Assembly (NCBI RefSeq): GCF_001194135.2
Contig: NC_069004.1
Coordinates: forward strand, 33,267,383-33,326,486
Length of the DNA: 59,104 bases
Reading direction: 5' to 3'
From: Octopus bimaculoides
Taxonomy: Eukaryota
Of the stretch, positions 39,605-51,973 are shown one piece after another (the first letter of the stretch is position 1; the number at the start of each line of letters is the position of its first letter). The position numbers were made by a program, and so were the translations under genes. The notes beneath the pieces are model-generated. The model was not told the DNA's origin. It saw only the letters and a list, made by a program, of their open reading frames with translations, and searched no databases.

Positions 39605-39958
39605 AACAAGAGCACTCAGAGAGTGCAAACCTCTGCCAAGGCAACACCAATGTCCACTCAACAATTAGCCGGAGATGATTTTTAAAATGAGAATATCTGA
39701 AATAAACTCGACTGCTCTCACAAACAAGAATACTAAAAATGAACCTGACTGCTCTTAAGTAAAAAACCAGGAAAAATAATCCAGAATCCTTGTCTGGTCC
39801 CAAAATCTACTCAGTTCGTGCCAGTCACGAGGCCAAACATCCCTGAAAGTTTCATCAGAATCCATCCAGCGATTCTTGAGATATCTTGTCCATGAACAAA
39901 TGAACAAACAAACATCACTGAAAACAATAGCCCCAGCTTTTGCTAAGGCAGAGGTAAT
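39605..39958. mobile_element. Possible non-autonomous Helentron/HINE-like element
   Basis: Subterminal cctctgccaagg (39630-39641) versus ctaaggcagagg near the right end; small hairpins gcactc-aga-gagtgc and agc-tttt-gct; no TSD seen. Confidence 0.4.
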
Positions 39959-40029
39959 AATGGTTTCTGAGGAGGAAATAAGGTGACAAGGTTTGCAGAA
40001 TGGCACAGGCAAATGAAATTGTCTCCACC

Positions 40030-40371
40030 NNNNNNNNNNNNNNNNNNNNNNNNNNNNNNNNNNNNNNNNNNNNNNNNNNNNNNNNNNNNNNNNNNNNNNN
40101 NNNNNNNNNNNNNNNNNNNNNNNNNNNNNNNNNNNNNNNNNNNNNNNNNNNNNNNNNNNNNNNNNNNNNNNNNNNNNNNNNNNNNNNNNNNNNNNNNNNN
40201 NNNNNNNNNNNNNNNNNNNNNNNNNNNNNNNNNNNNNNNNNNNNNNNNNNNNNNNNNNNNNNNNNNNNNNNNNNNNNNNNNNNNNNNNNNNNNNNNNNNN
40301 NNNNNNNNNNNNNNNNNNNNNNNNNNNNNNNNNNNNNNNNNNNNNNNNNNNNNNNNNNNNNNNNNNNNNNN
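40030..40371. other. Assembly gap (N)
   Basis: N run. Confidence 1.
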
Positions 40372-42478
40372 AAATGTACCTCAAACAACACCCTTCTTTC
40401 TTATAAGAGAAAGGACACATTGATGTAGTCCTAGGTACTCTTTTACTTGTTTCAGCCATGTGGTTGTGGTCATGCTGGAGCACCACCATGAATAAAAAAA
40501 ACAATGGCTGTTCAAGTTATTGAGATCTTTAACAATAAAGTCGTTCAATCATGACTTTGGATTAAAATAACACCAGGATTAATAATTCATTTAACAAACT
40601 CACTGCGAGTGACTAGGAATGAGTCAGTCATTTCTTCTCCCCCTACTTATCACTGGAATCACCGCTTCACCAATAAGTTCCTCTGAATAAATAAACACCC
40701 GACTAAAGCAAACCAGTCTTTTAGTTTCATGAAAGGTTCACGAAAAATGGGATGAATTAGTTTGGTGAGGAGGGAGAGAAGTCTTGGGGTAATGTTTTAG
40801 GCCAAACACAAGNNNNNNNNNNGAGAGAGGGAGGAAGAGGATGAGAGAGGAGGAAGAGGATAAGACAGAGGAAGAGGATAAGAGAGAAGGAAGGGGTAAG
40901 GAAGAGGATAAGAGACAGAGAGAGGTGTGAAAGGAAGAATAAGAGAGAGAGAGGACAGAGAGAGTAAGAGTAAGTAAGTAGGTGAAAGAGTGAGAGAGAG
41001 AGAGAGAGAAGACGAGGAAAGATAATTACTCTTCTTGGAGTCAACCTTTCCCTTTGATTTTGGAGATTTATGGCTGAGCCAATGTGGCGTCAGTGCTGCT
41101 ATAAACAGACATGACTGTTGATGGCATGGTCAGCTAAAACCCAGTACATTCATCAATTACTAATGAACGACTTATAACACATACAGCCATCACAGATGAC
41201 ACAGTTCTGTGGTTCTCACCACAAACACCTATGGATGGCTTTCTGTGCACATCCACATTTACAGTAGACACAAACACATACAGACAAATCTTGACCTCTT
41301 CTGATTATTGTTATTAAAAGGAGGCTTCATACAACACACATTTCTCTAAAGTAATAAACAATACTTGTACGCTTTAAATTTTCAGTCTGAAGATTCCCAA
41401 AAGAATGACAAAACTACTTGTCATTGTAAAATGTCAATGACCTGGCAGCTGGAGAGAGGACTATTACTTTGGTTGGTGCTGTATTATTTTCGGTTTTAAG
41501 CTCTGACTTCCGCAGGATTTGAACTCAAAATGTAAAAACATATCGCCAAACATTTTAACAGTTTTGCCAATTCAATGCCTGTCTTCCATTCTAATCAAGC
41601 TTAAAAGGTGTGTCAAGAGTTTATTGCGGAATCTATCTATATTAAGGGACAACCACAGCAAACAGGGAATGAAGTTGTGTGGCTAGTATTAACCCTTTCT
41701 TTGCGATATTTCTGTTGAAATATATTGTCTTTTTAAGACGCTATCATACGTTAAATTCAACTTACGTTGAAAGTCAACGAAGTTTGCTTTTAGAAGCATT
41801 AAGATGTATTGAAAGATAAGGAAATAATTTTATTCTCAAACACTGGATAATGCTAATAATATAGTGAGTTCACAGTTGGAACCTACACCAGTGTCGCATA
41901 ACCAGCCCCAGCCCACTCAAAAGTACCTTGGATCGTAGGGTGACATGCTGTGCTTGAGGAGACCTATTGAGTCAAGTACATCAAAAGCACCATCTGAACG
42001 TGGCCGATGCCAGCACTGCCTTGACTGGCACCAACCTATTGTGGTCATTGCCAGCCTCCTCGGGCCCCTGTGCCAGTGGCATGTAAAAAAGCACCCACTA
42101 CACTCTCGGAGTGGTTGGTGTTAGGAAGGGCATCCAGCTGTAGAAACACTGCCAGATCAGATTGGAGCCTGAAGCCTTCTGTGCGCATACGTGACTTTGA
42201 AATGTTATGGACCATGTCCTGTGCAACCCGTTTGTGTACCTAGTGACTTGGCATGTTTCCAAGCAGTTCATGAATGAGTGTCTACCATGGATTGGAGCAT
42301 GGATTGCTGACTTTGTATTTTTATCAGAAGACATTATCCTGCTGAAGGCAACTTTGCCTTCTATCGCTTAAGGGCTGATAAAGTACCAGTCAAGTACTAG
42401 AGTCAGTGGCATACACTTACCTTCTCCTCTCAATCTTCCTAGCTTTGTACTAAAATTTATTAATATCATTACTATTAA

Positions 42479-42701
42479 CCCTTTCGATACCAGCCTGGCT
42501 GAAACCAGCTCTGGCTCTGTAGTAGAAATGTCTTGTTTCCATAAGTTTTGAATTAAAATCTTCCACCAAAACTTAGTCACAATTTATGTTCCCAACACCA
42601 GCTTAATGATAACTAAGTCATTTTACTAAATTCTTTGTTATATTTAAAATTAATTGAAAGAAACACAGAGCATCTCAAAAATAAATATGGTAACAAAAGG
42701 G
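42479..42701. mobile_element. piggyBac-type MITE
   Basis: TTAA|CCCTTTCGATACC ... GGTAACAAAAGGG|TTAA; TTAA duplication at 42475-42478 and 42702-42705. Confidence 0.75.
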
Positions 42702-42703
42702 TT

Positions 42704-42913
42704 AAGGCAGTGTGCTGGCAAAATTGTTTGTATGCTGGGCAAAATAGTGAAATTTTATCCAACTTCATGTTCTGAGTTCAAATCCCACTGAGGTCTACTC
42801 TGCCTTACATTCTTTCTGGGTCAATAAAATAAGTACCAGCTGAGCACTGGAGGTTGATGTAATCGACTTATCTTGTCCCCCAAAATTGCTGGCCTTTTAC
42901 CAAAATTTGAAAC

Positions 42914-42956
<43 letters not shown>

Positions 42957-43165
42957 AAGGTAGTGAGTTGGCAGAATTGTTAGTGTGCTGGACAAAATGC
43001 TTAGCGCCCACCACTACATTCTGAGTTCAAACTCTGCTGGGGTCGACTTTGCCTTTCATCCTTTCAGGGTCGATAAATTGAGTACTAGTGAAACAATGGG
43101 GTCAGTATGATCGCGTAGTCCCCTCCCCCAAAATTTCAGGCCTTGTGCCAATGACAGAAAGGATT
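42704..43165 (+). mobile_element. Two head-to-tail family B copies separated by an (ATT)n tail
   Basis: Cores at ~42770 and ~43020; (att)n at ~42915-42955. Confidence 0.8.
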
Positions 43166-43356
43166 ATTGCTATCAGCACAACAGCTCCACTGCCATCATT
43201 ACAAAAGGTTACAGATGGTTGTTGTTTGAAGGTAGATGGAATAATGATACCATTGTGTAATAATAGCAGAGTTGTTGTTGGTGGTGGTGGTGATGGTGGT
43301 AGGGTAGTGGTAGCACCAACAGCAATAATAGCATCACTAACGGTAATAGTTAGAGT

Positions 43357-43393
<37 letters not shown>

Positions 43394-43767
43394 CAGAAAC
43401 AGCAGTAATATTTGTACCAACAATGGTAACTGTGTGTATGTATGTATATATATATATGAATATANNNNNNNNNNTATATATACATATACATATATATATA
43501 TATGGAATTGTGTTGTAACAGCAGGAATAATAGGAGTATCACTAACAGCAATAGTGTGTGTGTGTGTGTGTTTATATCTTTATATATATATATATATATA
43601 GATTTACATTAGAACAGGTGTACAGTGCATATATTCGTAGCAGCAGCAGCAGTAGTAGTAGTAGTAGTAGCAGCAACAACTGCAGTACCATCAAAAATAG
43701 TACAAACAGTCAACAAGTATACCTTACATATACTTCAAGATATATAATATATACATATATATATGTG

Positions 43768-43849
<82 letters not shown>

Positions 43850-44317
43850 ACTCCTACAAATAGTATACACACTATATATTGTCATAATACACACAGCTGC
43901 ACTATATATTGTCATAACTAATTACACTATACACATACACACTGTGTATATACTTCAGCATACTTTGATGCGTATGACTACCGTATACTAGAAATCATGC
44001 ACACACTACAAATATTGACCCGGGGCAAATCTGTTCTATATACATTGACTATATAAAGAGCAAAAGACCATAGGATACAAAATAGAAAACGAAGGAGGGG
44101 TTGTCAGAAATAGCAGCCAAATTCCCCTCAAGCTACACAGTGCCATCTTAACGAAGAAAAATAAAAAATTGGACACATTGTAGTCCTGGATTGATAGTTT
44201 GAAAACAAGGCAGGATGGTCACAGGGGTAGTACGTTGATGATAGGACAGTTTCATCATAATTGCTCTGGAAGTTAAATAAAATAAATACTACTATTATTC
44301 TAAGAACCTATGTGTAT

Positions 44318-44360
<43 letters not shown>

Positions 44361-44379
44361 TACACACACACACATTGAA

Positions 44380-44535
44380 CAGGCTTCTCACAGTTTCCAT
44401 CTACCAAATCCACTGACAAGGCTTTGGTCAGCCTGAGGCTAAAGTTGAAGGCACTTGCCCAAGGTGCCATGTAGTGGGACTGAACCCAGAACCATGTGGT
44501 TGGGAAGCAAGCTTCTTACCACAAAGCCATGCCTG
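44380..44535 (-). mobile_element. Family A copy (5' half)
   Basis: Same head, reversed; similar halves at ~10030-10185, 14510-14660, 50000-50160 and 51500-51650. Confidence 0.75.
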
Positions 44536-44789
44536 CCCCTCTATATATATATATATATATGCATGCCCTGAACATCCTTGTATATCACTATATATTGTAA
44601 TATCATATGCGTGTGTATGTGTGTGTATATATAGATATGTGGACCATACAACCCATGCCAGCATGGAAAATGGACAATATACAAATGCATGTGTATATAT
44701 AAGTTACGCTATACCAGTAGTCTACACCTCTGTACATCAGTATATATAATAAACATTGTCCTTGTTCATATGTATGATATTATTATTAT

Positions 44790-45012
44790 AAAAAGGTAAG
44801 CTGACAAAATTGTTAATGTATCGCGCAAAATGCTTAGCAGCGCTGTGTGTGTGTGTTTTGACATTCTGAGTTCAATTTCCACCGGTGTCAACTTTGCCTT
44901 TCGTTCTATCGAGGTTGATAAAATAAGGTACTAGTCAAGCACTGGGGTTGATGTAATCGGCTCACCCCATTCCCTTCAAAAACTATTGGCCCTGTGCCAA
45001 AATTTGAAACCC
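44790..45012 (+). mobile_element. SINE-like family B copy
   Basis: acattctgagttcaatttcc...ctttgcctttc core. Confidence 0.75.
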
Positions 45013-46429
45013 TTATTATTACACAGTTCTATATTTAAGAGGTGAGGAATTACGTCCATTAATTACATTTGATGGATATTTTGTGTTAACAACAAACAAG
45101 ATGAGGACAAATATCTGTCAAATGTAAATAATGTACATTCTTCTTCTTCTTCTTATTATTATTCCTGTTGGGGGTCAATGAATTAAGTACCAGTTGCATA
45201 CTAGGGTTGATGTTATTGACTAGCTCTCTCCCCCAAAATTTCAGGCCTTGTGCCCATTATTATTATTATTATTATTATCATTAGAGAAAAAGACGAATGC
45301 ATGTAAGTGATGTGTATTTGTATTTAAGAATGTGTGTGTGTGTGTGAAAAACCTACACACAGACAGAATTACATCATAGATAAATAGCCAACTGCAAGAC
45401 ATGATTTCTAAATATGTCAGAATGATGTTTTCTCCATTGTCAATAATAACAAAAACAATGATTTCAACAACAGTAAAACAAGCAAACAATAGAGCCTCTA
45501 CCTCTACGTGGTTGTTCAATCTGCTAGAAATGGCAGTCAAACCTCCCTCAGATCCAACCCTGCTGTCTTAAATAAGCAAACTAGATAATGTGGTATCCAA
45601 CATACCCCTCCCTGAAAAGAAAAGGTAAGATGGTCATGAGTGGAATGCCTTTAATCATGGGTTTACTTGATCACAGTTAGCCCAGGGTTAAATAACATAA
45701 GTGTCTGTCATCTTTTGACGTGCTAGAAACAGCAGCTGATGTATCAAATAAGGTGGCCCCTACAGGTGGTAAAAACACAGGATGGCCACAACTGGAATGG
45801 GTCTGCCTGGTTGAAAACTGACCTGGGGCTAAACAACATCAAAAAAAACCAAAAAACAAAACAATACAACAACAGTAAATATTGACAACATCAACAGAGG
45901 CAGCAACGACGGCGACATCGACAACAACATAAACAACAGCAGCCGTTGATAGTGCAGGAGAGTGCATCGATGAGTGATGAGGGAGAGGGGGAGGGGGAAG
46001 AGGATAATGTTGCAAGTACAGCACCAGCAGCTACAGCAGAATAGTAGATAGGTAGTAAGGGGGGTGGGGGTGAGTATTAGGTACAGTAGCACCGAAGACA
46101 ACACACACACACACACATCACCTTAAATGGTAGTTGGTTGCTAAACAGTCATGAACTTGATAAAGGCTTTTTTGGTTTGTTTTTTCTTTTTTTTTTAGTC
46201 AAAGTGACTGTTGTGCACAAGAAAACACCTGAATCAACCGACCTCAATATATTACAGGNNNNNNNNNNNNNNNNNNNNNNNNNNNNNNNNNNNNNNNNNN
46301 NNNNNNGTCATATTCAAATGAGAGAGAGCGGAGGGTGGGGGAATAAGAGAAAGACACAGGGAGGAGATATGAAAAGTAATACAACAGAAGAAGAAATAAT
46401 AATAATAACAATAATAATGATGGTTTCAA

Positions 46430-47062
46430 GTTTTGGCAGAAGGCCTGAAATTTGGTGGGGAGGGAACTAGTCGATTACATCAACCCCAGTATTTCACTGG
46501 TACTTAATTTATCGACCCCGAAAGGATGAAAGGCAAAGTCGACCTCAGCGGAATTTGAACTCAGATCATACAGACAGGCGAAATACTGCTAAGCATTTTG
46601 CCCAGCGTGCTAACGATTCTGCCAGCTCGCCACCTCAATAATATTAATAATAATAATAATAATCTCAAATGTTGGCACAAGGCCAGCAATTTGGAGGGAA
46701 GGGGATATGTCAACCCCAGTGTTGAATTGGTACTTATTTTATTGACCCGAAAAGGATGAAAGGCAAAGTAGACATTGGCGGAATTTGAACTCAGAACATA
46801 AAGATGGACAAAATACCACTAAGCATTTGCCCAGCATGCTAACGATAAGGTGGCAAGATGGCAGAAACATTAGCAGACACTGCAAAATGTTTAGCGGCAT
46901 TTTGTCAGTCTTTATGTTCTGAGTTCAAATTCCACTGAGGTTGACTTTGCCTTTCATCATTTTGTGGTTGATAAATTACATACCAGTTGCATATTGAGTC
47001 GATCTAATTGACTGGACCCTTCCCTAAAAATTTTAGGCCTGGTGCCTACAGTAGAAAAGAAT
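46430..47062. mobile_element. Cluster of three family B copies: 46430-46636 (-), 46664-46845 (-), 46846-47062 (+)
   Basis: Core present twice reversed and once forward. Confidence 0.85.
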
Positions 47063-47399
47063 ATGGATTAACCGATTTTTAACCAACATACCATTGTTTC
47101 CCTGACTATTTCTTCGAAAAGGTCACACTGTACAAGCAAAGAATCTTTTTGGTTTCCAAAATTAACCAACTGTTGCAGACGCCTCAATTTGCCATTTTTT
47201 TTCTCCACAAGGAATAGATTCCGTTTCTTTGGGTGGCTCCTGCCAAGTTCACCATCTTTGAGTGATTGTTGAGGGTACTGGTGAATCCAAGTTGCTACAG
47301 AGAACAAGGTGTTGGTGATGGAAAAGAGGTGGTACCAACTGTTGTTGTGATATCCATTATGTAGGGGTCGCCAATCTTTCTCTTGTACCTTTTCTTGTT

Positions 47400-47785
47400 C
47401 CAGTCATCAAACAGAGGCCATGCTGGAGCACCACTTTGAAGAATTTTAGCCAATCAAATCGACCCCAGTTCTAATTCATTTTTTCTAAAGCCGATACTTA
47501 TTCTATCAGTCTTTTTTGTTGAACTGCTAAGTTACAGGGATGTAAACACACCAACACGGGTTGTCAAGCAATGGTGGGGAACAAATACAGGCACAGACAC
47601 ACACACATACAAATAATATATGACAGGCTTCTTTCAGTTTCCCCTCAACCAAATCCACCTCCTAAGGTTTTGGTCAGCCCAAGGCTTTAGTAGAAGACAC
47701 TTGCCCAAGGTGACAAGCAGTGGGACTGAACCTAGAACCATGTGGTTGGGAAGCAAACTTCTTACCACACAACCATACCTGCACC
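47400..47785 (-). mobile_element. Family A copy, near full-length
   Basis: Reverse head agacacttgcccaaggtg...gggactgaacc...cttcttaccacacaacca. Confidence 0.85.
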
Positions 47786-47854
47786 TATTTGAGAAATTTG
47801 TCACTTTATTCCCGTGTCTTCTCACCAGATGTTTTAAATCCTGTGGTGGTGGTG

Positions 47855-48542
47855 NNNNNNNNNNNNNNNNNNNNNNNNNNNNNNNNNNNNNNNNNNNNNN
47901 NNNNNNNNNNNNNNNNNNNNNNNNNNNNNNNNNNNNNNNNNNNNNNNNNNNNNNNNNNNNNNNNNNNNNNNNNNNNNNNNNNNNNNNNNNNNNNNNNNNN
48001 NNNNNNNNNNNNNNNNNNNNNNNNNNNNNNNNNNNNNNNNNNNNNNNNNNNNNNNNNNNNNNNNNNNNNNNNNNNNNNNNNNNNNNNNNNNNNNNNNNNN
48101 NNNNNNNNNNNNNNNNNNNNNNNNNNNNNNNNNNNNNNNNNNNNNNNNNNNNNNNNNNNNNNNNNNNNNNNNNNNNNNNNNNNNNNNNNNNNNNNNNNNN
48201 NNNNNNNNNNNNNNNNNNNNNNNNNNNNNNNNNNNNNNNNNNNNNNNNNNNNNNNNNNNNNNNNNNNNNNNNNNNNNNNNNNNNNNNNNNNNNNNNNNNN
48301 NNNNNNNNNNNNNNNNNNNNNNNNNNNNNNNNNNNNNNNNNNNNNNNNNNNNNNNNNNNNNNNNNNNNNNNNNNNNNNNNNNNNNNNNNNNNNNNNNNNN
48401 NNNNNNNNNNNNNNNNNNNNNNNNNNNNNNNNNNNNNNNNNNNNNNNNNNNNNNNNNNNNNNNNNNNNNNNNNNNNNNNNNNNNNNNNNNNNNNNNNNNN
48501 NNNNNNNNNNNNNNNNNNNNNNNNNNNNNNNNNNNNNNNNNN
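47855..48542. other. Assembly gap (N)
   Basis: N run. Confidence 1.
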
Positions 48543-48736
48543 CACCCCCCACCCCCCAAAAAAACCAGACACACAAAGACTCAAGGGAATGGAAAAACTT
48601 TACAGCGCCCCAAATCATCATGGCTTCTTAAGTATAGTTTTACTGACTCCGACTCCAGCTACCCCTTAATTGTTTCCGACTTTGACTCCACAGAGCTGCT
48701 GTAAAACCCTTCATTATATTTCATGCCAATCTGTGA

Positions 48737-49015
48737 AAGCACATAGCTCAGTGGTTAGAGCATGAGGCTCACAATCAGGAGTTCAATTCCCAGGCTCGGC
48801 CGTGTGTTGTGTTCTTGTTGCTGCAGTTCACTCAGCTGCAGAAATGAGTTGCAGTGTCATGGATACCATGCTGTATCGGCCCCTTTGCCTTTCCCTTGGA
48901 TAACATGGGTGGTATGGAGAGGGGAGACTGGTATACATGGGTGACTGCCTCAGAGGGAAACTTCCTAGGTGCAATCCCATGGTCACTCATGACTGAAAAG
49001 GGTCATCACCCTTTT
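48737..49015 (+). mobile_element. tRNA-derived SINE, family D
   Basis: A box tagctcagtgg (48744-48754), B box gttcaattcc (48781-48790); related copies at ~52215-52490 (+), 32822-33003 (-) and 5700-5790 (-). Confidence 0.7.
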
Positions 49016-49508
49016 TACCCAATTTGAGTTTCAAATATCATCTTTATACACCAAAGTGTATTTCAACAGATATACGGTAAGAAAAGGATTAGGAAGCTCT
49101 GGGTTCAATTCTACCGAGTGTCACCCGAAGAATGGATCTTATAGCAAAGCCTTGGGATCAGCACAAGCAATGGGACTGAAACTAGATTAGTCCCCCGCCA
49201 CCCTTGGGTGTCTTAGTAAGCAGTAAGACAAGGTGTGGGGAATAATCAAAAAAGTAGTTTACTCTCCGCCCTCCCCCCCACTATATCAGCAACATTCCCC
49301 CCTCCCCGGACACCAGTTTTTTAAGAGGTGAGCTATTTGCCCAGATAGCTAAACAAGTAGACATCAGAGGCAGGTGAGGGCAGGATGGAGATGAACAGGG
49401 ACAAGTAAACCTCAGCTGCAAGTCTCCCACTCCCCATGAATAATGGGGGGTGGGATGGGGTGGCAGAGGGAGAGGAACGATAACCATCTGCTAATAGTCG
49501 ACACATAC

Positions 49509-49577
<69 letters not shown>

Positions 49578-49799
49578 TACAAGGAAGGAAGGTAGGAGTT
49601 ATAGAGGCAGAGAAATAGGTTGACCACAACCAAACAATAAAGAACAATGGCTGTAAAAAATAAAAAAATATTCTGTGTCACCTATTTATTGCAGAATAAA
49701 CAGTAATGATAATAATAATAAAAATAATAATACACATAAGGGGAGGGGCAGCAGCATGGGTGCTGATTGACAACTTCAGTGAGAAAAATACACGATATA

Positions 49800-49830
<31 letters not shown>

Positions 49831-50171
49831 GAGAGAGAGAAATCTAAAAATTCACGAGTCAGAAAAAAATATGCTCTCATATATTGGTCAATAGTAGAGT
49901 GAATGGGTATAAATACACCAACCTCAGTTGTTAAGTTATGGTGGGGCACAAACACACAAATACATGCATGTATATATTTGTGTGTGTGTGTATGTATGTA
50001 TGTATGATAGGCTTCTTTCAGTTTCCGTCTACGAAAATCCATTAACAAGGCTTTGGTCGGCCCGAGGTTATAGTAGAAGACACTTGCCTAAGGTGCCACT
50101 CAGTGGGACTGAACCCAGAATCATGTGGTTGGGAAGCAAGCTTCCTTACCACACAGCCACGCCAATATATA

Positions 50172-50421
50172 NNNNNNNNNNNNNNNNNNNNNNNNNNNNN
50201 NNNNNNNNNNNNNNNNNNNNNNNNNNNNNNNNNNNNNNNNNNNNNNNNNNNNNNNNNNNNNNNNNNNNNNNNNNNNNNNNNNNNNNNNNNNNNNNNNNNN
50301 NNNNNNNNNNNNNNNNNNNNNNNNNNNNNNNNNNNNNNNNNNNNNNNNNNNNNNNNNNNNNNNNNNNNNNNNNNNNNNNNNNNNNNNNNNNNNNNNNNNN
50401 NNNNNNNNNNNNNNNNNNNNN
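50172..50421. other. Assembly gap (N)
   Basis: N run. Confidence 1.
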
Positions 50422-50504
50422 ACATTTACAGATTTTTATTAATATATATATTAATAAAAATCTGTAAATGTACAACCATCCAGGTATCTGAGTACCTTAT
50501 TTTT

Positions 50505-50573
<69 letters not shown>

Positions 50574-51460
50574 CATACATACATACACAAACATGTACAC
50601 ATATGTACATGCAGACATATCTATCTATCTTTCCATATGTGTGTGTGTGTGTGTAGTAATGAGAGAGAGAGAGAGAGAAACAAGAATGCATGCATACATA
50701 CATACATCTACATTGTGTTCATTCATGCTTATATATAAACAAAAAGACACCTGAGGTAACCCAAATTGCTAGAAATACTTAGTAAATCTTTCAAAACCAC
50801 ATCCGACAGTTATCCTAAAGAAGGCAGACCAAATATATCTGCCTAGTGTCATCCTAGATATACTATGCCTGTTAAAAGACAAGACAGTCATGATCGGGAC
50901 AGGTTTAACCAGTGGCTGGTCAACCAAGGCAGACCTGTGGCTGGTCAACCAAGGCAGACCTGTGGCTAAACAACAACAACAACAGAGAGAAGAGAGAAAG
51001 AGGGGGGGGGTAGAAATCAGAGAAGGCACCAACCAAGAGAACAAAGAGAAAGAGTCATCTATTTATTAGAGCATGGTAAAAGAGGGGGGTGAGGAAGAGG
51101 GGGAGGTGAGGAAGAGGAGGAGGGGGGAAGCCACACAGGACTTCAATAAAGACTGGATGTGTCTGTTGTGTGTGTATGTGTGTATAATGATGATAATAAT
51201 AATAATAACGAGATTATTGTATACATTGCTTAGGTGTGCAATACAATTCCTTTGAAACGGATAAAAGAAGAGAGTGAAACCACCCATAAGTCAAGTAAAG
51301 ACAGACAGAAATGGAAACCAAATGTGTGTGTGTGGGTGTGTGCATGTATATACACACACACAAATATAAATATATACACAAACATACATATGTACACACA
51401 CACATACAAATGTACATATATATACACAAACATACATATGTACACACACACAAATGTACA

Positions 51461-51499
<39 letters not shown>

Positions 51500-51818
51500 T
51501 ATGGGCTTCTTTCAGTTTCCATCTACCAAATCCACTCACAAGGCTTAAGTCGATCCGAAGGAAATAGTAGAAGACACTTGCCCAAGGTGCCACGCAGTGG
51601 GACCGAACCCAAAAACATAGTTGGGAAGCAAGCTTCTCACCACACAGCCACATATATATATACGCATATATACATACACACTCATACAGAAGATAATTTC
51701 GTGAATTATATAATTATTGTGTGGTTTATGCTCCAGAGATCTTTAGGTCCTTAGTTCAAGATTCACCAAAGTCAGCTTCACCCCTTTTTTGCCTTTTTTT
51801 TTTTTTGTATCCGTTTGG

Positions 51819-51973
51819 NNNNNNNNNNNNNNNNNNNNNNNNNNNNNNNNNNNNNNNNNNNNNNNNNNNNNNNNNNNNNNNNNNNNNNNNNNNNNNNNNN
51901 NNNNNNNNNNNNNNNNNNNNNNNNNNNNNNNNNNNNNNNNNNNNNNNNNNNNNNNNNNNNNNNNNNNNNNNNN
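51819..51973. other. Assembly gap (N)
   Basis: N run. Confidence 1.

Noticed and set aside
48737-48800. tRNA-like A and B boxes, also at 12865 and 52220
   Set aside because: No complete cloverleaf; they continue into a shared SINE body, so these are SINE heads rather than tRNA genes.
50912-50967. 25-bp tandem duplication gtggctggtcaaccaaggcagacct; similar small duplications at 43868-43917 and 55868-55930
   Set aside because: Ordinary local slippage, the first inside a family E repeat.
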